Origin: Thraustochytrium aureum | Lineage: Eukaryota | Assembly: GCA_012862495.1 (NCBI GenBank) | Contig: BLSG01000167.1 | Location: forward strand, 37,165 to 70,180 | Length of the DNA stretch: 33,016 nt | Reading direction: 5' to 3' | In this document: piece by piece, positions 10,571 through 21,594 of the stretch | Numbering within the stretch: the first letter of the stretch is position 1 | How the letters are laid out: every line of letters starts with the position of its first letter | Notes under the pieces: model-generated | What the model saw: only the letters and a program-made list of their open reading frames with translations | What the model was told of the DNA's origin: nothing | Database searches by the model: none | Position numbers and translations under genes: made by a program

Positions 10571-13407
10571 TCACAGGGGAGGTGGCCACCGACCTGCTCG
10601 CTGCGCGGGCCAGCGAGCTGTCCTTCGAAACCCCGGGATGGTTCCGATGCCGACGNNNNNNNNNNNNNNNNNNNNNNNNNNNNNNNNNNNNNNNNNNNNN
10701 NNNNNNNNNNNNNNNNNNNNNNNNNNNNNNNNNNNNNNNNNNNNNNNNNNNNNNNNNNNNNNNNNNNNNNNNNNNNNNNNNNNNNNNNNNNNNNNNNNNN
10801 NNNNNNNNNNNNNNNNNNNNNNNNTTCCGATGCCGACGCCGCTCGAGCCGCCCTTGCGAACAGGCTGCAGGGCGTCAGGAGGGGCTTGCTCGCCGAGCCC
10901 CGCGGTCGGCCGGCCGACGACACTGTCAAAGTCCCGTTGCACAGCCTGCACGCTCTGTACTAGCCCTTCTTCGTCGTGCACGGCATCCTTCTCAAACTTT
11001 TTCACAAAGTCGAGAGCGTTGCGCGAGAGAGTCCTCGCATCCTCCTCGTACAAGAAGAGGAGCTCCCGCAGCTCCTCTGCTACGAGAAAGTGCAAGTCGC
11101 AAAACGAGAGGGCGCGGATGCTCGCCGTGCGCTTGCGCTTGGTGAGCACGCCAATGTCCCCGAAATAGTCGCCCACGCTGAGCGTGGTGAGCTGCTCGCC
11201 CTCCTCGGTGACGACCTCAAGCTCTCCGCGCGAAATAAAGTACATGGCGGTGGCGGCGTCGCCCTTGTTCACAACAAACTCGCCTGGGACGACGAGCTGC
11301 GGGTTGAGCCGGACCAGGATCCCGCGCAGGAACGACTTGGAGCAGTTGTTGAAAAGCGGGTTTTGTCTCACCGTGTCGAGGTGCAGAAACTCGGCGCACT
11401 CGAGGTGCAGCGGGAGCGGGAGCTCGTCGAAAAAATAGTTTTGGCGCTCCAACAAGCCCTTGTGGCAGAGCCAGACGTACTCAAAGTACTGCTCGACTCT
11501 GTCGCGGATGTTTTGCGGCAGGCGGAGGTAGCGCATCTGGCCGCGGATATCTTGCATCTTCTCGCTGTACTTGGTGCTGGCCTGGTCCATGCGAGCGATG
11601 TACGAGACAAAGTTGCTGAAGATAGTGGCGTAGATTCCCGCCCCAAGGAGCATGTTGCCAATCGTGAACAGCGTCTCCCCGTCTGTGATCGGCACAATGT
11701 CGCCATACCCAACAGAGGTGATCGTGGTCACGGCCCAGTACACAGACTTGAGGTACTTTGTCTGCGTGGGGGTCGCGCTCGTTCCCAGGCGGTGGATAGA
11801 GAGCCACGAGCAAAGCGGAATAGCGCCCTCCGGGGCTGGGCCGCCAAGGTGCACCCAAGTGCCGTTCAGCCGCACGTCGTGCTCGGTAACGTCGAAAGAA
11901 TCTGGCCAGGCCTCGCAGGGCGTGTTGGTGTTGGCGCCGATGAAAAACCAAAGGCAGCCGATCCAGTGGCATGCCAGCATGAGCGACGCGAAAAGGCGAC
12001 CGATGCGCGCCGAGTTGGCAAACCTGAACCGCTCGAGAAACTTGAGGATTTTAGAAATCCGGATTAGGCGGATGCACTTGACCATGTTGATCAACGTCGC
12101 CTCGCTTGGCGGCATGAAAAGCTCAAAGGGGAGCGTTGCGGGCAGGTCGACCCAAAACCACTTTGAAAGGTACGTCCGCGCGATTTGCCGACGGTCGGTA
12201 ACGAGGGAGCCCCAGTCATCCACGTACGCAGTCGCAAAGTTGAGGAAGAGGTCGAATACAAACACGAAATCGGCGGTTCGGTCCACGACCGAAACCGTTG
12301 CGTTTTGGTCGCTCGGGTCGGGAACGAAGGCGAGCTGATAGGGCAGCAGAATTGCATTCCAGAGGACGCAGACCACTATCCAGGGCTCCCACAGTTTCTG
12401 GAACATGTGGTGTGGCATGATGACCTCCTCGGTGGCGACGACACGCAGGCGCTCCTTGAGGCTCTCGAGGCGCTCGAGCCAACCGCTCGGCTGCATCGTC
12501 TTGTCATTGTGCGTCGCGAAAGCGCTGGCAGCGCCTTGGTCGGCTGGTGAAACCTTGGCAGAGTGCGAAGCGAGGTTTGTGGTTTTCCTGCGCTGCGATT
12601 TTTTGGCCGCTGGCTCGGAAGGGCTGGTCCCGGTTAGGGCATCGCTCTGGCGTCGTTCTCCAGCAGCTAGCGACATCGACCCGCTGCCTTGTTGTGGGAT
12701 CTCGTCTGTAGGTCCTGCGGTCCCCGGCGTGGCGGCTTGCCCGTCGTAGAACTGCTCCCACAGCTCGGTTTTCCGAATCCAGTCCTCCGAGTGCTCTTCG
12801 TCCGGCATTGCCTCGTCAGGGGAAGCCCATGCCTCTCTTGACGCCGTTCCTTCCGCAGTCCTTTCCTGTATTGTGTTGAAGGAGGAGGGCCGCCGGTCGT
12901 GCTNNNNNNNNNNNNNNNNNNNNNNNNNNNNNNNNNNNNNNNNNNNNNNNNNNNNNNNNNNNNNNNNNNNNNNNNNNNNNNNNNNNNNNNNNNNNNNNNN
13001 NNNNNNNNNNNNNNNNNNNNNNNNNNNNNNNNNNNNNNNNNNNNNNNNNNNNNNNNNNNNNNNNNNNNNNNNNNNNNNNNNNNNNNNNNNNNNNNNNNNN
13101 NNNNNNNNNNNNNNNNNNNNNNNNNNNNNNNNNNNNNNNNNNNNNNNNNNNNNNNNNNNNNNNNNNNNNNNNNNNNNNNNNNNNNNNNNNNNNNNNNNNN
13201 NNNNNNNNNNNNNNNNNNNNNNNNNNNNNNNNNNNNNNNNNNNNNNNNNNNNNNNNNNNNNNNNNNNNNNNNNNNNNNNNNNNNNNNNNNNNNNNNNNNN
13301 NNNNNNNNNNNNNNNNNNNNNNNNNNNNNNNNNNNNNNCGGTTTGGGCGCAGAGTCATCAAAGTACTCGCCATTGCGCGGCTCCGCCCTTCTCGGGCCCG
13401 TCGCCAT
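10571..13407 (-). CDS. Voltage-gated K+ channel with cyclic-nucleotide-binding domain (CNBD superfamily: EAG/HCN/CNG-like); both ends uncertain because of gaps
   Basis: Six-TM pattern, S4 KCIRLIRISKILK, pore TTITSVGYGDIVP, C-linker YLRLPQNIRDRVEQYFEYVW, CNBD GEFVVNKGD…MYFISRGELEV…GDYFGDIGVLTKRKRTASIRALSFCDL. The frame is open from 12808 up to the gap at 12904. ATG 13407 beyond the gap is a candidate start. Confidence 0.9.
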
Positions 13408-14575
13408 CTCCCGGCGGGCGGCACCAACGGAGCCGTCGCACCCCAGGCGCGTTCGTGACCAGCGGTCCGGCCGCGACGAGCGCCCAGCCTAGAGGAGGAG
13501 GCCGAGAGGTCCCGGCTCGAGCTGGCCGAAGGACTCGTCGATAGCCTCGGCGCTTGGATCGTCGACCTGCTCGCCTTGGCGCATTGGCGTCCTGCGCTGG
13601 CCAGCAGCCTCCTTGAGTTGCGGAAGCCACGACGACACGGAGAGTACTTGACAAGTAGAGGGAAAACGAAATGAATCCGTTCAAGTGCACGTGGCCTTGT
13701 ACTGCAAAACCTTATGCTTCAGAGTATGGTGGAAGTTACCAAAACACGTGTATTCATTTCATGCCGACGCTCTCGCGGTCCTCATCACCGGCCCTTGCGC
13801 AAGCCGAGGTCGCGCAGGACTGGTGTGAGGGAGACTCGTGACACGGCAGGTCGACCTGCACGAGCAATTCCAATGCCACCACACGTGCGAAGTGCCACGC
13901 CTAGCGGCGGCGTGACCTTGGCAATCTGCATCTAGGCCTATTTGTTGCGTGGCAACACCTTGCCACCGGAACTTTGGTGAAACCGACATCGTCTCTGCCC
14001 GCCCGGCTGCTGGGCTTTGCACCGCCTTCCCGATTCGAACATACATGCTCCGACGCTATAAATGGCATGTACCCGGGTACTCGGGTTTGCCTGCCGGGGC
14101 TTCTGAGCAGTGCTCATGATCTGTCGCGCCAGAGACGGCGCATTGGAAGGGGGTCCTTTCTCCTCTCCCCTTTCCTTCCTTCCTCCCTTCATTCATGGTT
14201 TCTTTCCTTCTTCCATACGGACGAAGAAGGACAGCTCGGGTGAAGCCACGGGCGGCGACGAGGACGGCACGCGCCAGTGGACCGCGCGCCACTGGCTTGT
14301 GAGCAGCATCCACGCAACGAGACATCGGCCGAAAAGCAAGTGCTCATGAGGAACTAAGCCTAAAAGTGCTCCGCGCAGAGCGCCGCCGCAGCGCTAGCGA
14401 CGGGCACAAGGCGGGGCAAGCTCTGCCAAGACCGCCCTGCCAAGGCCGGTGTGCAAAGGCCCGCATGACAGCCAAATCCACAACCCGAGAGCGCGCGGAA
14501 ACGATCAACTTTCAAAAGCAAAGCGCAAATCACTACGAAACAGGCTCGGCTCGCACCGAACTACCACCAGTTTGT

Positions 14576-15026
14576 CTAAAGCGCGAGAGATCGGCCGTGC
14601 ATGAGGCCGACGTCGAGGAACTGGTTGTTCGCCATGGTTTTGACGCTCTTGAACGGGTCGGCGTCCTTGCCGCAGACAGCGACGGAGCTGTAGTCCGCGA
14701 CGTGATACTGTTCCTGGCAGTGCACAGGGACGACGTTGCCAAAACTCGTTGAAGGTGACGGTGGCGCCGCGTGGCTCGAGCAACTCGAAAGTGCCGTCCA
14801 CGCCTTTGGCCATCTTGATAAACTCGGCCCACCCTGCATACAACCGCTTGACGTCCTCTCGGATCTTGCGCACGATCTCCACGCGGCCGCCCCCCTGTAC
14901 AAACTTGAACTTGGGCACAGGCTTGCCGGGGTGAATCACCGCGAGCGCCCCTTCGACGGGCTCCTGGCTCCAGTGCGCCCACAGCGCGCCCAGCGAGGAG
15001 ACGTCAAACACCAGGTAGCACGCCAT
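14576..15026 (-). CDS. IMP1/IMP2-like (immune mapped protein) domain protein; one apparent frameshift at 14741-14744; may extend 5' into the gap
   Basis: MACYLVFD…WS.E…GALA…PGKPVPKFKFVQGGGRVEIVR…LYAGWAEFIKMAK. Removing one T at 14741-14744 continues NEFGNVVPV…VAVCGKDADPFKSVKTMANNQFLDVGLMHGRSLAL*. Motifs resemble the apicomplexan IMP1-like domain as I recall it. Confidence 0.7.
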
Positions 15027-15562
15027 CGCGCCCCCTGCTGCNNNNNNNNNNNNNNNNNNNNNNNNNNNNNNNNNNNNNNNNNNNNNNNNNNNNNNNNNNN
15101 NNNNNNNNNNNNNNNNNNNNNNNNNNNNNNNNNNNNNNNNNNNNNNNNNNNNNNNNNNNNNNNNNNNNNNNNNNNNNNNNNNNNNNNNNNNNNNNNNNNN
15201 NNNNNNNNNNNNNNNNNNNNNNNNNNNNNNNNNNNNNNNNNNNNNNNNNNNNNNNNNNNNNNNNNNNNNNNNNNNNNNNNNNNNNNNNNNNNNNNNNNNN
15301 NNNNNNNNNNNNNNNNNNNNNNNNNNNNNNNNNNNNNNNNNNNNNNNNNNNNNNNNNNNNNNNNNNNNNNNNNNNNNNNNNNNNNNNNNNNNNNNNNNNN
15401 NNNNNNNNNNNNNNNNNNNNNNNNNNNNNNNNNNNNNNNNNNNNNNNNNNNNNNNNNNNNNNNNNNNNNNNNNNNNNNNNNNNNNNNNNNNNNNNNNNNN
15501 NNNNNNNNNNNNNNNNNNNNNNNNNNNNNNNNNNNNNNNNNNNNNNNNNNNNNNNNNNNNNN

Positions 15563-16636
15563 CACCTCGCTCGGTTTGAGAATGGAGGCCAGGCGCGGGT
15601 CCTTGAGCGGAATGGGCCCGCTGCGATGCAAACCCGGCCCAGGCCGGTTGGCGCGCAGAATGCCGCTCTCGAGCTGGTCAAATGAGTAAAAGTTGCCGCC
15701 AATGTTGTACCCGACCGTCGGGAAAAACTTGGACCGCTGCAGCCCGTTGCTTGGGGCGCCGATTTTGGCGAACGCGTGCGTGATGCCTGTGTTGTAAACG
15801 TTGATCACGAAGGCTAACTTGGTCTTGGCGCTCATCTTGGTCATGTCAACGCCCTGGAGCTCGCAGGAGGCCTCCTCGAACACGGCAAAGTCGCGGTCCT
15901 CGGCGACGGCCACGTAGTCCACGAGGCCCTCCTCGTCACGGTGCTTGCCGACCACGTTGCCGAGCGTCTTCTTCAGGTTGTTGATGAGCAGCATGGGCTC
16001 GTCCACGCGGTCCTTCCAGACGCGAAAGCTGTTCAGGCAGGCAGGCTTCTCGCCGCGGTTGAGCCAAAACCAGATCTGGTCCCCGCGAAACTTGCTGTTC
16101 CCGTCCACGGGCTTGATGAGCCCCAGCTCGAGCATTTGCTTGCCGGCCTCCACCCCCTGCGCGACATCTGCGCCGTGAGCGGAGACGAAGAATTCCGCGA
16201 GGCTCTTTGCCTTGAAAGACTTGCCCAGCGCCTTTTCGACGGCCAGCACCACATCGATCACGCCGAGCTCGGCATTGCCGACCTTGATGGCTTCTGCGGC
16301 GCGGGGGCTCGGCTTGGGCTTCGGGGCGGGCGGCTCGTCCGGCCGCTTGAGCAGTTCGGAGGTGGGTTCGGGCTCTTCCTGCGTTTTTGCCCAGAGCGCG
16401 TCAAATTCGCCCTTGTTCACGAGCTCCTCCAGCTCGGTGGCCCCCCCGACGTGGTGTTCGTTGAAAAAGATTTGCGGCACGGTCAACACCTTGGCCGCCT
16501 TGAGCATGTCGGGCCGCTTTTGTGGGTAGTCGCTCAGGTTGATCTCATAGTACTCGACGCCGTGCTTCGTCAGGATGCTTTTGGCCTTCTTGCAGAACGG
16601 GCAGTCGTCGATGGCAAACACTGTTACGCGGCCCAT
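15563..16636 (-). CDS. Glutaredoxin-DEP-DUF547 protein, copy 2; 3' end lost in gap 15042-15562
   Basis: MGRVTVFAIDDCPFCKKAK…TVPQIFFNEHHVGG. DEP-like middle segment. GLVDY, AFVINVYN and LESGILRAN of DUF547. Aligns throughout with copy 1. Confidence 0.9.
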
Positions 16637-17696
16637 CTTGCTCGTCCTTCTTCTCGCGCCGCTCCGCGTTCGACCTTTGCCCTCCTTCGCCTACCTCGTA
16701 TCGGCAGAGCTCGGCCCGCTGGCCGCTCCGGCAGGTCACTAGCGGCCCCGAACTCTGTCGACAAGNNNNNNNNNNNNNNNNNNNNNNNNNNNNNNNNNNN
16801 NNNNNNNNNNNNNNNNNNNNNNNNNNNNNNNNNNNNNNNNNNNNNNNNNNNNNNNNNNNNNNNNNNNNNNNNNNNNNNNNNNNNNNNNNNNNNNNNNNNN
16901 NNNNNNNNNNNNNNNNNNNNNNNNNNNNNNNNNNNNNNNNNNNNNNNNNNNNNNNNNNNNNNNNNNNNNNNNNNNNNNNNNNNNNNNNNNNNNNNNNNNN
17001 NNNNNNNNNNNNNNNNNNNNNNNNNNNNNNNNNNNNNNNNNNNNNNNNNNNNNNNNNNNNNNNNNNNNNNNNNNNNNNNNNNNNNNNNNNNNNNNNNNNN
17101 NNNNNNNNNNNNNNNNNNNNNNNNNNNNNNNNNNNNNNNNNNNNNNNNNNNNNNNNNNNNNNNNNNNNNNNNNNNNNNNNNNNNNNNNNNNNNNNNNNNN
17201 NNNNNNNNNNNNNNNNNNNNNNNNNNNNNNNNNNNNNNNNNNNNNNNNNNNNNNNNNNNNNNNNNNNNNNNNNNNNNNNNNNNNNNNNNNNNNNNNNNNN
17301 NNNNNNNNNNNNNNNNNNNNNNNNNNNNNNNNNNNNNNNNNNNNNNNNNNNNNNNNNNNNNNNNNNNNNNNNNNNNNNNNNNNNNNNNNNNNNNNNNNNN
17401 NNNNNNNNNNNNNNNNNNNNNNNNNNNNNNNNNNNNNNNNNNNNNNNNNNNNNNNNNNNNNNNNNNNNNNNNNNNNNNNNNNNNNNNNNNNNNNNNNNNN
17501 NNNNNNNNNNNNNNNNNNNNNNNNNNNNNNNNNNNNNNNNNNNNNNNNNNNNNNNNNNNNNNNNNNNNNNNNNNNNNNNNNNNNNNNNNNNNNNNNNCGG
17601 CGACTGTAGGAGGCGAAACGAAGACGGCTGCAGAGCTGCGAACGACGGCGCTTGGCGTTGGCTTTGGCTTGGCTTCTGGAGAACACTGCGGTCGCG

Positions 17697-20600
17697 ATGG
17701 ACGAGGAGATCGACGCGCGGCGTGACGAGCCCCTGTTGCAGAGCGAGGCGAGTCATGAGGGCGACGGCGCGGCCCCCGAGCAACTCGGCGACTTTGTGCT
17801 GCAGCAGCAGCAGCAGGCGCAGGCGCAGGAGGGAATGGGCCAGACTGCTGCGTTTACGCGGGCGTACGTGGCGAAGCTCAACCGTTGGCGACGAGCCGTG
17901 TTCGCCTTCTGGGGCGTGCTGTTTTTAGCCGGGGGCTACTTTGCGCCAAAGTTCATGGAGGTTGTACTGCTCGTTTTCGAGCCCCCCCCCGGACGCCGGG
18001 CAATGAAGCCCAGCAAAAGATGGAGCACTTCTTCCCTGGGATGTCACGCGAGTAAGTTTGAGCCTCCAGGCCCGATCGCCTTGTCGAAAATGTGCTGACG
18101 CATGCTGACTCTGCGCCCTGCCTCGCTGCTCGAAACGAAGGTGGGACGCGATCATTCTGCTGAACACTCGGGACAAAGCCCCCATCCTTGGCGACTCGTA
18201 CGCCAACGTGACGGAGCGGTTTATCGACAAGCTTTCCGCATCGGTGGTGCGGTACGGGCACGAGAAAGCCGAGCCTGAGACCGACTTTGCCGTGGCCCAC
18301 TACTTTCTCCTCCAAAAAGTCATGGCACAGACCACAGCAAACAGCCTGCTAGACCGCAGCGACGACCCGCCCAGGGCGACCGCCATGCTTGTCAGCGTGC
18401 ACAAGAACAGCGGCTTTGAGCAGGGCAGTATGGAGGGGAACCGCTTCGCGGACTGGCTGGACACGGAGATGGAGCATATCCGCCATGACGTCGGCCTCCC
18501 CCACAACGTCGAGGTTCGCGCGACGGGCATGATGTCATTTTGCCGCGACATGCAAGAGGGCTCCGAGAAGGACATGCTCAAGATGGACAGCCTTTCCTTC
18601 CCCTTTGCGCTCTTGCTGCTGGCCTACATGCTTCGCTCGTTCCGGCTCTTGCTGATTCCGATGATCAACATAACGATCGGCCTCGTGGTCTCGTTCATGC
18701 TTATGTACCCTGTAGCGCTCTCCACGCGCGTCATCGCCGTGGCGCCTTCCGTCATGATGTAAGTTGCCCCGCCGACCCGCCGCCGCGCTGCTCGCCCAAC
18801 GCGGCTCGGAGCCTGCAACTAACAGCGCTGCCCGCGCGCTGGCAGGAGCGTTCTGGTGGCATTTTCCATCGACTACTCGCTTTTCCTACTCACGCGTTTC
18901 CGCGAAGAGGTGCTCAAGGGAGTCAAGGTATACGACGCCGTGATCCTCATGATCGACTCGGCTGGCCACACGATCATGGTGAGCGGCGCCACCATCGCCA
19001 TCTGCTGGTTCGGTCTCCTGTTCTTTCCCGTCACCCTCCTCAGCACAATTGGTCTTGGCGCGGGCCTGACCGTCGTCATCGCGTTCTTCGTCAACATCTC
19101 GTTCACCCCGGTGCTGCTGCTCTCCTTCCCGGACTTCTTCACAAACTTTGACAGCTTTGGCTGCGGCTGTGCCTTCCGCCAAAGCGCGCCCAACGACTCT
19201 ACTCGCGCCGGGTCTAGCTCGGACCTGCTCGAGCGCGGCCGCGGCGGAAGGAATCCTGGCACGGAAGACCTGCTCCGTCGCGGGTCGTCTACCCACAGCG
19301 TGTTCGAGTCGCCGTGCGCCATCGACGCTTTCGGTCGGCGCCCGATTCTCTCGCCTGGAGCCGCTGAGGGCGCCACCACGTCGCCCATGGTCCGCTTTTC
19401 CTCCACACCACGGAGCGGGACCGTACGCACCCCGACGCTCAACCAGGACGGCACCGTGCGCGGCGAGGTGACGAGCGAGCTGTTTGGCGTCGTCGACCCG
19501 CTGGAGGAGGTTGCCTTCTTGGCCGAGCACTCTAGCTTTTACCGCTGCGGCGACGCGCTGTTTGGAACTCCCAGGCGCGCGCTGGCCTCTGTGGTGATTG
19601 TGTGCGCCGCAATTTTGCCATTGACTCCTTACGCGATCGGGTTTCATCACAGCGAGAGCTTCAAGCTCTTCACCCCCTCCGACTCGGTGGCCACACAAGC
19701 CGCCCTAGACCTGGAGGACCTGTACGGTGGGGGGCGCCTGGCGCCGTACCAACTCCTTATAGAGCCCGCTGCGGGGACCCGCGTCCTCTCGAACAGCTTC
19801 TTCAAGCACGTGACCGAGGTTTTGGAAAACGTCATCCTCCCCCTCAGCTATGGCGCCAGCAAGCCTCTCGCTCTTCGCCGCGAAGGGATCAGCGGGATGA
19901 TGATGATGAGCGGCCACAATATCGCGCTCCTCCCTTTCGGAGACAAGCCGCACGACCTCACGGTCGTCGGCTGCGCTGTTGAAGGCGTCGAGTATGCCGC
20001 CTATTTTTGCGCCAACACGCGCTGCGAGGCGGAGATGGAGGCTTGCGAGGCCGACAGCGCCTGTCGCGATGGAGCGGACTGCCTGCGGGAGAGCTTTGGG
20101 CGACCTTGGGACACGGCTCGGTGCCTTGACCGTCTGCAGGACATTAATGTTGCGAGCCTCTCCCTCGCCAAGTGCATTGTCAAGCGCTGTGCGCTTCATC
20201 CGCTCTCCCCGAACACGTCGCACGTTGCCGCGGGAAGCGCCATCCTCAACGACGGCGCTGGGGTTGAGGGCTCGGTGCAGGCCTTGCCGGCACTCGGGAC
20301 GACCAATTCAACTCTGCCGCTCCCCGACTGCCCGTCGGTGCTCTTGCAAGTCTTCCAATCTGTGCGGGGACTTGTGCCCAAGGCGACCTGGCTTATTATG
20401 AACCTCGAGATTGACCCCTTCAGCAAGGACGGCACAGAGTGGCTGGATGCTGTGCGCATCGCGCTCAAGGACCAGTCCGCCGCGGACGGGTACAGGTACT
20501 TTTTGACCGGGGGCGCCGTTGCTGGCCACGACGTCGTCAACAAGGTTTTCGAGCTCTACCCGCTTATCTTGGGCATCATTATCGGCGTCGTGTTTTTGCT

Positions 20601-21207
20601 GATGGGGTTCTCCTACCGGAGCTTGATGGTTCCGCTGCGCGCTGTGTTTACGATACTAATCACGCTCATCCTCGTGTACGGAATGGGCGTGCTCACCTAC
20701 GAGCACGGCATGCTGGAGTGGACTCATTTTAGCGCGTTTATCAACCCTGTGCACGATGCCCTCTCGTGGCTGGTTCCGGCCATGATCGCCCCGGTTGCGA
20801 TCGGGCTTTCCCTCGACTACGACATCTTTCTTCTGTAAGTTTGGTTTGCCCTGCTTGCCGCCGCGCGCGCTCGCCTTGACGGCCGGCGGTCCAAAACGCT
20901 TTGCTAACGAACGGAACAGGACGAGAATCTTCGAGTACCGCCATGCAGGCTTCAACACCAAGGATAGCATCATGTGCGGTCTCGCGCAGACAGGTCCGGT
21001 GATCACTTGCGCAGGGTGCATCATGTTTTTGCCTTTTTTGGGCTCTCCCTCAGCTCGAATGCGGCGCTAAACCAGATGAGCTTTTTCCTGTGCGTCTCGG
21101 TTATCTCGGACACGTTTATTATCCGAACCATACTGGTTCCTTCGCTTATGATTCTCTTCAAGGAGGGCAACTGGTGGCCTTCGGTTCCTGCCACGCTCGA
21201 GTATTGA
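17697..21207 (+). CDS. MmpL-family (RND superfamily) membrane transporter, 4 exons: 17697-18051, 18141-18758, 18846-20834, 20920-21207; apparent homopolymer frameshifts at ~17982-17992 and 21026-21030
   Basis: Spliced product has both MmpL signature segments, AFSIDYSLFLLTRFREE…SAGHTIMVSG and GLSLDYDIFLLTRIFEYR…TGPVITCAGCIM, plus the C-terminal DTFIIRTILVPSLM…NWWP. The three GT-AG introns join in phase. Confidence 0.9.
18052..18140 (+). other. Spliceosomal intron 1 of MmpL-like gene (89 nt)
   Basis: GTAAGT donor, GCTGAC branch candidates, AAG acceptor. Join reads …MSRE-WDAIILLN in frame with ORF 18208. Confidence 0.75.
18759..18845 (+). other. Spliceosomal intron 2 of MmpL-like gene (87 nt)
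   Basis: GTAAGT…ACTAAC…GCAG. Join reads PSVMM-SVLVAFSIDY. Confidence 0.9.
20835..20919 (+). other. Spliceosomal intron 3 of MmpL-like gene (85 nt)
   Basis: GTAAGT…GCTAAC…ACAG. Join reads LDYDIFLL-TRIFEYR. Confidence 0.9.
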
Positions 21208-21594
21208 TCGTACACGGCCGGCCAGGGCTGCCGGCTCCGTTCCTGCAGAGGCCTCTCTGCCTCCAGAGCACTATTTCTGTCGGTTTCGACCAAGTCGCGG
21301 TTGCGTCGTCAGGGCACGTCCCATCCGATCTGCTCTGATGCGCTTTGGCAGCCTTACCGGCACTGCCCGGCCGAAACAGCTCACAAGTGCACAACGAGAA
21401 TTTTCCTTTTTGGTAAAAACCGCCGCGTTCAAGCGCTCTGCGCCCGTCTCGCGGGCCTCTCGCGCGCCTCCACACAGTGTCTGGGCGGCGAGGATTCGGC
21501 TCCGAACGGCGCGAGCCAAGCTTGGGCTGGACCTTGCAAGCGCCCCTCGCCATCGATCGGAGTCGGAATCGCCGGTCCATTCCACCTCATCCGG

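Noticed and set aside
10976..12338. Plus-strand ORFs of 363 aa and 228 aa
   Set aside because: Antisense shadows of the K+ channel, as expected in GC-rich coding DNA.
13430..14500. Short ORFs between the channel and IMP-like genes
   Set aside because: No recognisable domains, lower GC, CCTT-rich low complexity; consistent with UTR or intergenic DNA.
15941..17783. ORFs spanning gap 16766-17597
   Set aside because: Antisense to glutaredoxin copy 2 plus N read-through. Any small gene inside the 832-N gap cannot be seen.
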